NCBI GenBank assembly: GCA_964474085.1 | Contig: CAYYRJ010000008.1 | Coordinates: 23,677-87,676 of the forward strand | Length of the DNA stretch: 64,000 bases | Origin: an uncultured Planctomycetales bacterium | Lineage (GTDB): Bacteria > Omnitrophota > Gorgyraeia > Zapsychrales > JANLHA01 | Reading direction: 5' to 3' | Shown here: piece by piece, positions 44,767-53,494 of the stretch | Numbering within the stretch: position 1 is the stretch's first letter | How the letters are laid out: each line of letters starts with the position of its first letter | Position numbers and translations under genes: made by a program | Notes under the pieces: model-generated | What the model was told of the DNA's origin: nothing | Database searches by the model: none | Seen by the model: only the letters and a program-made list of their open reading frames with translations

Positions 44767-46662
44767 ATGCTTCCAAAATCCCGATTTTTAAAACCAACCC
44801 TTTTAACCCTTGTGCTGGTGTGTGTTTTTTGGGCTTATTGGCCGTCGCTTTTTAATGGTTTTGTTTCTTGGGACGATAATCTTTATGTTGTTGAAAATGA
44901 AACCATCCGCCATCTTTCGGGAACGTCGTTAAAAACGATTTTTACGACCGATGTGTCGCTTAATTACACGCCGCTGACAAGTTTGTCGTTTGCCGGGGAG
45001 TACCATTTCTTTAAATACAATCCGTTTTATTATCATCTGGACAATTTGCTTCTGCATTTGGCCGTTGTCGCGCTTGTTTTTATTTTAGCGCTGCGTTTGT
45101 CTTTGTCGTTAACAGTAGCGGCACTCGCGGCGCTTTTTTTTGGCCTTCATCCGATGCATGTCGAATCCGTCGCGTGGGTTACCGAGCGAAAAGATGTCCT
45201 CTATGCGTTTTTTTATATGCTGGCATTGGTGCTTTATTGGAATTATTTGACGGGAAAGTCAAGGGTTTCTTATTTTGGAAGTTTGATTTGCGGATTGTTG
45301 AGTATTTTGTCTAAGCCGATGGCTTTGAGTTTGCCGCTTGTGCTTTTTGTCCTCGACTGGTTTTGGGGACGAAAACAAGATCGAAAATTATTTTTTGAAA
45401 AGATCCCCTTTGCCCTTGTGATTTTTCCGATCGCTTGGCTGACCTATAGTCTCAATGCGCGCGTCATTGAGCTTAAATTTCCCGACGCTGTTCTGACTTG
45501 GGGCTGGACACTGACGTTTTATTTGAAAAAATTTGTTTTGCCGTTTGATTTTTTGCCATTGTACGAACTGCCGTCTCCCGTCACATTAAGCAATCCGGAA
45601 TTTATCGGCGCGCTGATTTTTGCGATTTTTATCGTTTCGAGTCTAATTTATTTTAGAAAAAACCGATGGCTCGTGTTTGCGTTTCTTTTTTATTTTGTTT
45701 CGATCTTCTTTCTGTTGCGGTTTGATAGCAGAGCAGATCTTTGTGTTGTGGCGGACAGATTTATGTATTTGCCCAGTGTTGGATTTTGTATTTTGGCGGC
45801 TGTTTATTTTCGACGTTTATTTTTTTGGAGTAAAAGTCAAAACAAGTTATTTCCTGTCGGGCTTTGTGTGATTGCGTTTGGCTGTCTATTGTTTTTGGGC
45901 ACAACAACGTTTCATCAAACAAAAATTTGGGGCGACGGGATTGCGTTTTGGAATAAAGTCCTTAAAAATTATCCAGCCAACGCGCTTGGGTATAATCAGC
46001 GCGGGCTTGCCTACAAAGAACGCTGGGATTTAGAAAGTGCATTAGCCGATTATTCTCAAGCCATTGCGCTTTTGCCGGCGTATGATTTTGCGTTGACGAA
46101 TCGCGGGATTGTTCATAAAGAAATGGGAAAATTTGAGCAGGCATACGACGACCATACGCAGGCAATTGCGGTCAATCGGGATTTTAGTGAGGCGTATCTT
46201 AATCGTGGAAATGTTTTGTTTTCGGCCGGAGATTTTAAAGCGGCGATTGCTGATTACACGAAAGCCATTGGCACAATTGGAGTTTCGGCTCGCCGAAACT
46301 CAACGGCCTATCGCGCAGAAAGCTATAGCCGTCGAGGTTCAGCTTATTTTTTCATGAAAGACTATGGGAATGCTTTGAGCGATTTTAATGCCGCCTTAGA
46401 AATAAATCCTGACAATGTTGTCGCTTTGGATAATCGTGCTATTATTTTTAGTATTCGGCGGCAAAAAGACAAAGCCTTGGCGGATTTTGAACGGTCCTTG
46501 AAACTTGTTGGCGGCAATGCGGTCAATTATGTTAATCGCGCCCAGCTTTTTTATGAAAGCGGGGATAAAAAATCCGCTTTGTCGGATATCAATTTTGCTT
46601 TAATTTTAAAGCCGGAATATCAGCGAGCGCTTGAATTAAAATCGCTGATTGAAAAACAATGA
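44767..46662 (+). CDS. TMTC-like membrane protein: N-terminal polytopic PMT_2/DUF1736-like domain plus C-terminal TPR repeats (putative protein O-glycosyl/mannosyltransferase)
   Basis: About 9 TM helices, then multiple TPR motifs (AxxxYxxAIxLxP...). Confidence 0.65.
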   Translation: MLPKSRFLKPTLLTLVLVCVFWAYWPSLFNGFVSWDDNLYVVENETIRHLSGTSLKTIFTTDVSLNYTPLTSLSFAGEYHFFKYNPFYYHLDNLLLHLAVVALVFILALRLSLSLTVAALAALFFGLHPMHVESVAWVTERKDVLYAFFYMLALVLYWNYLTGKSRVSYFGSLICGLLSILSKPMALSLPLVLFVLDWFWGRKQDRKLFFEKIPFALVIFPIAWLTYSLNARVIELKFPDAVLTWGWTLTFYLKKFVLPFDFLPLYELPSPVTLSNPEFIGALIFAIFIVSSLIYFRKNRWLVFAFLFYFVSIFFLLRFDSRADLCVVADRFMYLPSVGFCILAAVYFRRLFFWSKSQNKLFPVGLCVIAFGCLLFLGTTTFHQTKIWGDGIAFWNKVLKNYPANALGYNQRGLAYKERWDLESALADYSQAIALLPAYDFALTNRGIVHKEMGKFEQAYDDHTQAIAVNRDFSEAYLNRGNVLFSAGDFKAAIADYTKAIGTIGVSARRNSTAYRAESYSRRGSAYFFMKDYGNALSDFNAALEINPDNVVALDNRAIIFSIRRQKDKALADFERSLKLVGGNAVNYVNRAQLFYESGDKKSALSDINFALILKPEYQRALELKSLIEKQ

Positions 46663-46681
46663 TCACCAAAAGGAGAGATCT

Positions 46682-47275
46682 ATGAAAGTTTTTATTTTAG
46701 CTATTATTATTTTAGCGGTTGTTATGATTCTCTCGATGAAAGTTTTTGCACAAGCGCCAGCTCAGGAAAAGAATATAGCGTCGGATAAAAGCGTAAATGT
46801 TTTTTCTTTTACAATGAAAGATATCGACGAGCAAGATGTGAACCTTGCTGATTTTAAAGGAAAAACCCTGTTGATTGTCAACACAGCTTCCAAATGCGGG
46901 TATACGCCGCAATACGCTGCGCTTGAACAGTTATATCAAGAGTACAAGGATCGCGGCTTTGTTGTGCTGGCTTTCCCAGCCAATAATTTTATGGGGCAGG
47001 AGCCGGGAAGTGATAAAGAAATCAAAGATTTTTGTCTGCTCAAGTATAAGACGACGTTTCCGGTTTTTGCCAAAACAAGCGTTAAGGGTGGAGACATCAA
47101 TCCGTTGTACCGATATCTGACGACTCAGGCGGGGTTTGACGGCCCGATCAAATGGAATTTTAATAAATTTTTGGTTTCGCCTGATGGAGAAGTGGTTGCC
47201 CGCTTTGATTCTTCCGTTGAGCCCAAAGCGTCTGAACTTGTCGCGCAGCTTCAACAAATTCTTCCCCAAAAGTAG
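46682..47275 (+). CDS. Glutathione peroxidase (Cys-type), exported
   Basis: NTASKCGYT...FPANNFMGQEPG GPx motifs; signal peptide. The ORF is listed from 46649 but the likely start is 46682, preceded by AGGAG. Confidence 0.85.
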   Translation: MKVFILAIIILAVVMILSMKVFAQAPAQEKNIASDKSVNVFSFTMKDIDEQDVNLADFKGKTLLIVNTASKCGYTPQYAALEQLYQEYKDRGFVVLAFPANNFMGQEPGSDKEIKDFCLLKYKTTFPVFAKTSVKGGDINPLYRYLTTQAGFDGPIKWNFNKFLVSPDGEVVARFDSSVEPKASELVAQLQQILPQK

Positions 47276-47293
47276 ATTTAAAAGGAGCACGTC

Positions 47294-48145
47294 ATGCCGC
47301 ATGCGATTCTCTTAATATCTTGTCCCGACCAAAAAGGGATTACGTCGTCTGTCACGTCGTTTGTTTTTGAAAACGGCGGTAATATCATTGATGCCAGCCA
47401 GCATATCGATGAGCAGACCAATACTTTTTTTATGCGGATCGAATGGTCGCTCGACGGCTTTAAAATGGCAAGCTCCAAGATTGCAACGGCTTTTGAGCGG
47501 ATCGCCAAAAAGTTTGGCATGAGCTGGGAGCTTTATTTTACGGGTGAAAAGTTGCGTGTTGCGGTTTTCGTTTCGCAGCATTTGCATTGTCTTTATGATC
47601 TTCTCTTGCGTCAAAAAGAAGGTCAATTGTCTTGCACAATTGCCCTGATTGTCAGTAACCACCCTCAAGCGGCTGTTGTCGCAAAAGCTTTTGGAATCAA
47701 ATTTGTCCACATGCCGATTAATCCGCAAAATAAAAAAGCGCAGGAAAAGCGTCAGCTCTCACTTTTGAAAAAAGAGCGCATCGAGCTTGTCATTTTAGCC
47801 CGCTACCATCAAATTTTAAGCGCGGATTTTGTGGCGCATTTTTTCAACCGCATTATTAACATTCACCACTCTTTTTTGCCGGCTTTTGCAGGTAAAAATC
47901 CTTATGATCAGGCGTATCAAAAAGGCGTCAAGTTGATTGGTGCGACCAGTCACTTTGTTATTGCGGCGCTTGATCAGGGGCCGATTATCGAGCAGGACAC
48001 GGTGCGCATTAGTCATCGGGATTCCATCGACGATTTAAAGCTTAAAGGCCAGGACTTGGAAAAAATTGTTTTAAGCCGCGCTGTCCGCTGGTATTTGGAG
48101 CGCAAAATTTTGACCCTTGGGAACAAAACGGTTGTTTTCGATTAG
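47294..48145 (+). CDS. purU: Formyltetrahydrofolate deformylase
   Basis: N-terminal ACT domain; formyltransferase motif HHSFLPAFAG. Confidence 0.9.
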   Translation: MPHAILLISCPDQKGITSSVTSFVFENGGNIIDASQHIDEQTNTFFMRIEWSLDGFKMASSKIATAFERIAKKFGMSWELYFTGEKLRVAVFVSQHLHCLYDLLLRQKEGQLSCTIALIVSNHPQAAVVAKAFGIKFVHMPINPQNKKAQEKRQLSLLKKERIELVILARYHQILSADFVAHFFNRIINIHHSFLPAFAGKNPYDQAYQKGVKLIGATSHFVIAALDQGPIIEQDTVRISHRDSIDDLKLKGQDLEKIVLSRAVRWYLERKILTLGNKTVVFD

Positions 48146-48148
48146 ATG

Positions 48149-48754
48149 TTACTTAGTATCGAGTTTTTTATGCGCTTCTAAGTTGATGCTGACAGCAACT
48201 TCATCGCCGAGAATGTATCCGCCTTGGTCCATTTGTTTGTTCCATTTGACCCCAAAATCCTGACGATTAATTTTGGTTTGGCCAGAAATGCCGATGACAT
48301 TGTCCCCGCTCATCGGGCTTTTGATTGGGCCGGATATCGTTAAGGTTAAACTGATAGGTTTTGTGACGCCCTTGATCATCAGCTCTCCGGCAACGGTCAA
48401 AGTGTTGCCTTTGCTTGTGACAGCTGTGCTTTTAAAAGTGATCGAGGGATTGGCATCGGCGTCGAAAAAATCCGCGTTGCGCAAATGGGCATCGCGCGCT
48501 TCGTTTTGCGTGTTAATGCTTTTTGTTTCGATAGTAGCTTCTAGTTGTGTTGCGGTTGGGTCTTTGGCGTCGAGCGTGATCGAACCGCTAAAGGTTTTAA
48601 AATTTCCCTGCACATCACTGACCGTTAGATGCTTGATCGAAAACCCGATATTCGAATGGACGGCATCGATGACGTAGGTGTCTGCAGCGAACGTGGGGAC
48701 AGCCGTTAACAAACTCAAAAAAACAGCAAAAAAATAACCGTGTAATGTTTTCAC
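48149..48754 (-). CDS. YceI-family periplasmic protein
   Basis: Signal peptide; YceI-like beta-barrel motifs (IDAVHSNIGFSIKH...). Confidence 0.8.
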   Translation of the reverse strand: MKTLHGYFFAVFLSLLTAVPTFAADTYVIDAVHSNIGFSIKHLTVSDVQGNFKTFSGSITLDAKDPTATQLEATIETKSINTQNEARDAHLRNADFFDADANPSITFKSTAVTSKGNTLTVAGELMIKGVTKPISLTLTISGPIKSPMSGDNVIGISGQTKINRQDFGVKWNKQMDQGGYILGDEVAVSINLEAHKKLDTK

Positions 48755-48879
48755 AAAGTCCTCCGTGGTTTATGGTTGAATAATTATTCCTATTTAAGCG
48801 CGTAAATCCGCAAAGTCAAATTCTATTTGTTTTGCAACAAAAGAAAATATTTCCTGTGAATTAGAATCGTTTTGCTAAA

Positions 48880-49359
48880 ATGCTTTCCGGCAATTTTACA
48901 GTTTTAATTTTTGAGGGAAAAATGTTAAGGTTTTTTAAAGAATACCGACAGAAAAAAGAATTTAGGCGAGATTTTTTGTCGTTTTTTTTCGAAGCGCAAT
49001 CTAATTTGGAACAATACTATGTGATGTTTCAATTAGGACGTTTGCGGTTTTTTTCTCTCGACGCTTGGCAAAAGATTGGCGGCCGTCTCGATATTGCCTG
49101 GGATCATGCGGTTAAAGAATACATCCACCGGATAGCCGAATATAATCGGGTTCTTAAAGAGTACAAGGATTTTGAACTTTGGTACAACGAAGATTTGGAC
49201 CATAAGAATCAGGAAAACGGACGACTGTTGCATAAGAAAAAAGAATTAGCACAAGAGCAGTTTGCTGGCCTGGAGGAAATTATCAAGCCGGCGGTTTCCG
49301 CGCTTTATGACCAATCGCTGCGGCAGAAGTTTATTAAACCTGTGGGGCGAACAACTTAA
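48880..49359 (+). CDS. Hypothetical protein
   Basis: ORF only; no motif. Confidence 0.35.
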   Translation: MLSGNFTVLIFEGKMLRFFKEYRQKKEFRRDFLSFFFEAQSNLEQYYVMFQLGRLRFFSLDAWQKIGGRLDIAWDHAVKEYIHRIAEYNRVLKEYKDFELWYNEDLDHKNQENGRLLHKKKELAQEQFAGLEEIIKPAVSALYDQSLRQKFIKPVGRTT

Positions 49360-49371
49360 AAAGGCCAGCAA

Positions 49372-50283
49372 ATGATTTCCCTTTCGACAGCTTGGAATTA
49401 TCGTGCCGGTGTTAGTATGCACGATCTTTTAAATGAGATCAAACAAACTGGTGTCACTGCCGTCGAGTTGGGCTATAAAATCACGGCGGCCCAATTAGAG
49501 CAGGCGTTTGCCTTATTAAAAGAGATGGATTTGAAAGTTTCGAGTGTCCATAATTTTTGTCCGCTTCCCGACGATTATCCTTCGGTGCGCCATGCGTCGA
49601 ATTATTACCGTTTAACAGCGCTTGATGAAAATGAGCGCAGGCTGGCTGTTGTTTGGACCAAAAAATCTGTCGATACCGCATTGCGTTTTGGCGCTGGGGT
49701 CGTCGTCATCCACGCAGGAATGGTTGAAATGCCGGAAGATTTGTCAGAAAAACTTTTTAAAACGTACAAGGTTTCCGACCAGGGTGCTCTCGCTTTTGAA
49801 GAGCTGCGCGGGCGGTTTCTTAAAGAACGCCAAAAGGCCGCAGGCCCATATATCGATGCAGTCATAAAAAGTTTGGCAGAACTTTTGCCTTATGCTCAGG
49901 ATAAAAATATTAAGATTGGCTTAGAAACTCGATATTATCCGACGGAAATTCCGAATTTTGAAGAAATTGGCCAGTTGCTGGCTAAGTTTCACAGCGGGGG
50001 TTTGTGGTATTGGCATGATGTCGGGCATGCGCAGGCTAATGACATTTTGGGGATTTATAGTCATCAGGAGTGTTTGAAGCGCTATGAAAAAGAGTTGATT
50101 GGGTTTCATTTGCATGGGATTAAAATTTTGCGTGATCATCAGGCGCCGCTGGTGGGCGATTTTGATATCAAGCAGGTTTATCCTTTTATTAAAAAGCATC
50201 ATATCAAGGTTATCGAGTCGCACGCCTCTGCGACAAAAGAACAAATCTCTGTGGCTGTCAATGAATTTTCAAAGCTGGAGTAA
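49372..50283 (+). CDS. Sugar phosphate isomerase/epimerase (xylose isomerase-like TIM barrel)
   Basis: AP_endonuc_2-like pattern: conserved E/H/D residues (GLETRYYP...HDVGH...HLHG). Confidence 0.65.
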   Translation: MISLSTAWNYRAGVSMHDLLNEIKQTGVTAVELGYKITAAQLEQAFALLKEMDLKVSSVHNFCPLPDDYPSVRHASNYYRLTALDENERRLAVVWTKKSVDTALRFGAGVVVIHAGMVEMPEDLSEKLFKTYKVSDQGALAFEELRGRFLKERQKAAGPYIDAVIKSLAELLPYAQDKNIKIGLETRYYPTEIPNFEEIGQLLAKFHSGGLWYWHDVGHAQANDILGIYSHQECLKRYEKELIGFHLHGIKILRDHQAPLVGDFDIKQVYPFIKKHHIKVIESHASATKEQISVAVNEFSKLE

Positions 50284-50289
50284 TAATCG

Positions 50290-50751
50290 ATGAAACTTTA
50301 TCTTGTTCGGCACGGCAATGCCGTCGGAGGAATAGATGATGTCGCGCGGCCTTTAAGCCGTGAAGGCATTGATGAAGTCAAAAAAGTTGCGGACTTTTTG
50401 AAAAAGCATGATTGCCAGCCGCAGGTCATTTATCACAGTGTCCGCCTGCGCGCCAAGCAGACAGCCGAGATTATTCATCAGCGGCTGAAGGTCAAAAAGC
50501 TTTTGCTGGAACGCTCAGGCTTATCGCCGGATGATCCTGTCGCAGAAATTGCTGATTTTGTCGATGAGCAAAAAGATGATTGTATGTTTGTCGGCCATAT
50601 GCCGTTTATGGGGCATTTGGTTTCGCTTTTGGTTTCGGGAGAAGAAAATCGCAACCTCGTTGCGTTTCCCACCGGAGGGGTGGCGGTTTTAGAAAAAAAG
50701 AATTCCGGCCCGTGGCTGATTACCGGGATGATCGATCCCAAAATTTTGTAA
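50290..50751 (+). CDS. sixA: Phosphohistidine phosphatase SixA
   Basis: MKLYLVRHGNA...HMPFMGHL histidine phosphatase motifs. Confidence 0.75.
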   Translation: MKLYLVRHGNAVGGIDDVARPLSREGIDEVKKVADFLKKHDCQPQVIYHSVRLRAKQTAEIIHQRLKVKKLLLERSGLSPDDPVAEIADFVDEQKDDCMFVGHMPFMGHLVSLLVSGEENRNLVAFPTGGVAVLEKKNSGPWLITGMIDPKIL

Positions 50752-50758
50752 ATAGGCT

Positions 50759-52084
50759 ATGAATGAAAATCAGATTTTAACGGTTTCGCAGTTAAACGGA
50801 TATATTAAGGAAGTCCTTAACATGGGATTTCCCTCCGGCGTTTGGGTGTGCGGAGAGATTCAGGGCTTTAATCGCAATCGGGACAAGTCCCATGTTTTTT
50901 TTGAGCTTTGCGAAAAAGACCCGATTTCCAAAGATGTCTTGGCGCGCATAGGCTTGGTGATTTTTTCCGGTCGTAAGGCGTATATTGAACAAGTTTTAAA
51001 GAACGCCCAAAACGCGTTTAGTCTCAAAGATGATATCGAAGTGAAATTTTATTGCCGGGTGGATTTTTATCCGCCGCATGGCGTTGTAAGACTTATCGTC
51101 GAGAATATTGACCCGATTTATACGCTGGGCAAAATTGCGCAAGAAAAGCAAAGGCTTATTGCGTTATTAAAGGAAAAAGGGACGCTTGAAAAAAACAAGC
51201 AATTGTTGTTGCCGACGGTTCCTTTAAATATTGGGCTTATCACGTCTTATGATTCGGCTGCGTATAATGATTTTATTTCCGAACTTAAGTTAAGCGGCTA
51301 TGCGTTTAAAATTTTTTGCCGCAATACGCTGATGCAAGGCAAGGCCTGTGGCGATGATGTTTGCCAGGCGCTTAATGAGCTTTCGCTGATTAAAAATCTC
51401 GATCTTGTCGTGATTACCCGTGGCGGAGGCTCGATTGCCGATCTTAGTTGTTTTGATAGCCAGGCCATTGCCGAAAAAATTGCTGGGTTTCGTTTGCCGG
51501 TTTTAAGCGGGATAGGCCATGAGATTAATATTACGATTACTGATTTGGCGGCGCACACTTATCAAAAAACACCGACGGCAATTGCGCAGTTTATTGTTGG
51601 GATTGTTAAGAATTTTTTGGACACCGCAGAGCAGAAAGTCGAATCTGTTATTAAACAGTCGATCGAATATATGGCCGACGAAAAAAAGCGGCTGCACTCG
51701 CAGGCTTTGGATATTGCGGCGGCGACCAATGACTTTTTAAAACAGCATCAGTCCGGCTTTGTCCGTCGAGAGGAAAAAATCACAGCTTTGCCCGTGCAAT
51801 TTTTGGAAAAACAAAAATTGAAGATTTCTGCTGCGCAAACGGCTCTGACTAAAGATCTTCTCATTCGGTTTAAGCAAGAAACATTGCGGTTAGAGAATTT
51901 TTACCGTTTGGTCAAGCTCGCCAGTCCGGACAAAACTTTGCGTCGGGGCTTTAGCATTACCCGTTTAGCCGACGGGACGCTTGTGCGCAGCGTCACGCAG
52001 GCCAACATAAACGATGCGCTTGTTGTCGAGTTGTCCGACGGAAAGATTAACAGTGTCGTCAAGTCAAAGGGAGGGGCAAAGTGA
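50759..52084 (+). CDS. xseA: Exodeoxyribonuclease VII large subunit
   Basis: N-terminal OB fold; central ITRGGGS...D motif. Confidence 0.9.
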   Translation: MNENQILTVSQLNGYIKEVLNMGFPSGVWVCGEIQGFNRNRDKSHVFFELCEKDPISKDVLARIGLVIFSGRKAYIEQVLKNAQNAFSLKDDIEVKFYCRVDFYPPHGVVRLIVENIDPIYTLGKIAQEKQRLIALLKEKGTLEKNKQLLLPTVPLNIGLITSYDSAAYNDFISELKLSGYAFKIFCRNTLMQGKACGDDVCQALNELSLIKNLDLVVITRGGGSIADLSCFDSQAIAEKIAGFRLPVLSGIGHEINITITDLAAHTYQKTPTAIAQFIVGIVKNFLDTAEQKVESVIKQSIEYMADEKKRLHSQALDIAAATNDFLKQHQSGFVRREEKITALPVQFLEKQKLKISAAQTALTKDLLIRFKQETLRLENFYRLVKLASPDKTLRRGFSITRLADGTLVRSVTQANINDALVVELSDGKINSVVKSKGGAK

Positions 52085-52299
52085 CCGAAGTTAAATATAG
52101 CAAAGCGATAAAGAAGCTCGACGAGATTTTAGCCAAGATTGAAACACAGGAGATTGACGTCGATGAACTGGCTGACAATGTCAAAGAGGCGGTCGATCTT
52201 TTAAAAGTCTGCAAGAACAAAATTGAAAAAGCGCAGCTTGAGGTCAAAAAAGTTGTCGCAGGCTTTGCGTCTGAGGACATTGATGACGAAAAAGACTAG
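52081..52299 (+). CDS. xseB: Exodeoxyribonuclease VII small subunit
   Basis: 72 aa helical protein; KLDEILAKIE; overlaps the xseA stop. Confidence 0.85.
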   Translation: MTEVKYSKAIKKLDEILAKIETQEIDVDELADNVKEAVDLLKVCKNKIEKAQLEVKKVVAGFASEDIDDEKD

Positions 52300-52915
52300 T
52301 TTTTCAAGCCGCAAGTTAATTAAATTTGGTTTTGCTGTTTTGGCGGTTGTTGCCGCGGTTTTTGCCAACGTTGTCGATAAACCGCAGCACCGTCAGGCGC
52401 TTGTGGTTAAAGTTTATGATGGTGACACCGTTGGTTTGTCCGATGGACAAAAGGTGCGGTTGATCGGGATTGATACGCCTGAGCAGTTTGAAAGCAATAA
52501 ACTTTTTGCCGATGCGGGTAAAACTGGTCAGGATGTCGCTGTTATCAAAGCGATGGGCAAGAGGGCGCATGAATTTACCAGCCGCTGGGTTTTGGGTCAG
52601 AGCGTGCGTTTGGAATTTGACCGTGAAAAGCATGATCGATATGGACGGCTGTTAGCATATTTGTACATGCCGTTTCCACATCCGCCTTTGTCGGATTTGC
52701 CTCGCGCGGGATATATTGTTAACATCGACGGCAAAAAGTGGTATTTTGTCAATGCGACAATTGTCCAGTCCGGGTTTGCCAAACCGATGTCGATTGCGCC
52801 CAATGATAAATATAAGGAAATCTTTCAGGCGCTTTACGAGCAGGCGAAGGAATATCATTTAGGGTTGTGGGAACAAAAAGTTTCTGTCAAAACATCGCGC
52901 AAGAATCATAAATAA
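52283..52915 (+). CDS. Secreted thermonuclease (SNase-like)
   Basis: VYDGDTV...RLIGIDTPE...RYGRLLAY SNase motifs; signal peptide. The ORF is listed from 52223; the likely start at 52283 still overlaps the xseB end. Confidence 0.7.
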   Translation: MTKKTSFSSRKLIKFGFAVLAVVAAVFANVVDKPQHRQALVVKVYDGDTVGLSDGQKVRLIGIDTPEQFESNKLFADAGKTGQDVAVIKAMGKRAHEFTSRWVLGQSVRLEFDREKHDRYGRLLAYLYMPFPHPPLSDLPRAGYIVNIDGKKWYFVNATIVQSGFAKPMSIAPNDKYKEIFQALYEQAKEYHLGLWEQKVSVKTSRKNHK

Positions 52916-52919
52916 TGGT

Positions 52920-53258
52920 ATGATGCGTTTCGTTTCGAGATCGTATATGGCTAAAAATATCACATCCGTTGGGGAGTTTTTGAGCAGCCCGATTTTTATG
53001 GCCGTTGTGGCCGTTTTGGTTGTGGGGGTGTGTTTTTTTGCTTTGATTAGGCTTTATTGGGTCTGGTACAAGAAAAACATTTTGCGTTCGAAAAAGGCAG
53101 ATGTTGCTGGACGAACCCCAACGCTTTTTGATGTCCGTCAGCTTTTAATCAGCGGTCAAAAAGAGGCGGCGGTAAAGGTTTATCGTAAAATTTTTAATGT
53201 CGAACAGAAAGAAGCGCAAGCAGCCGTCGACGCGCTCGAGAAAAATTTGCGCCCATAG
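52920..53258 (+). CDS. Hypothetical small membrane-anchored protein
   Basis: ORF with an N-terminal TM helix; no confident motif. Confidence 0.35.
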   Translation: MMRFVSRSYMAKNITSVGEFLSSPIFMAVVAVLVVGVCFFALIRLYWVWYKKNILRSKKADVAGRTPTLFDVRQLLISGQKEAAVKVYRKIFNVEQKEAQAAVDALEKNLRP

Positions 53259-53322
53259 CTCAATTGGATAGAGCACTAGTCTTCGGAACTAGGTGTTGGG
53301 GGTTCAAATCCCTCTGGGCGCG
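53248..53322 (+). tRNA. tRNA-Arg (anticodon TCG)
   Basis: Manual fold: acceptor gcgccca/tgggcgc, D-stem gctc/gagc, anticodon stem ctagt/actag with loop ctTCGga, T-arm ggggg-ttcaaat-ccctc, discriminator G. Confidence 0.8.
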
Positions 53323-53462
53323 CATTCAAATTCACCCTTTCTTAGGGTGGATTTGAATGCGTTAAGATAAGTTGAACCTATGGCGAATGCCATAGGTTCC
53401 GACCGAGTGTAACGAGGAAGCCCCTAAGCGGCAAAGCCGCTGGGGAAATCCCTCTGGGCGCG
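53323..53462 (+). repeat. Hairpin-rich approximately 120-bp segment ending in a 17-bp direct repeat of the tRNA-Arg 3' end (AAATCCCTCTGGGCGCG at 53446-53462)
   Basis: Three stems (15 bp, 10 bp, 6+4 bp). The direct repeat is identical to 53306-53322. Looks like an att scar or a miniature element. Confidence 0.55.
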
Positions 53463-53494
53463 TATTTTTTGAAATTGTTTTATTTTAATCAAAG

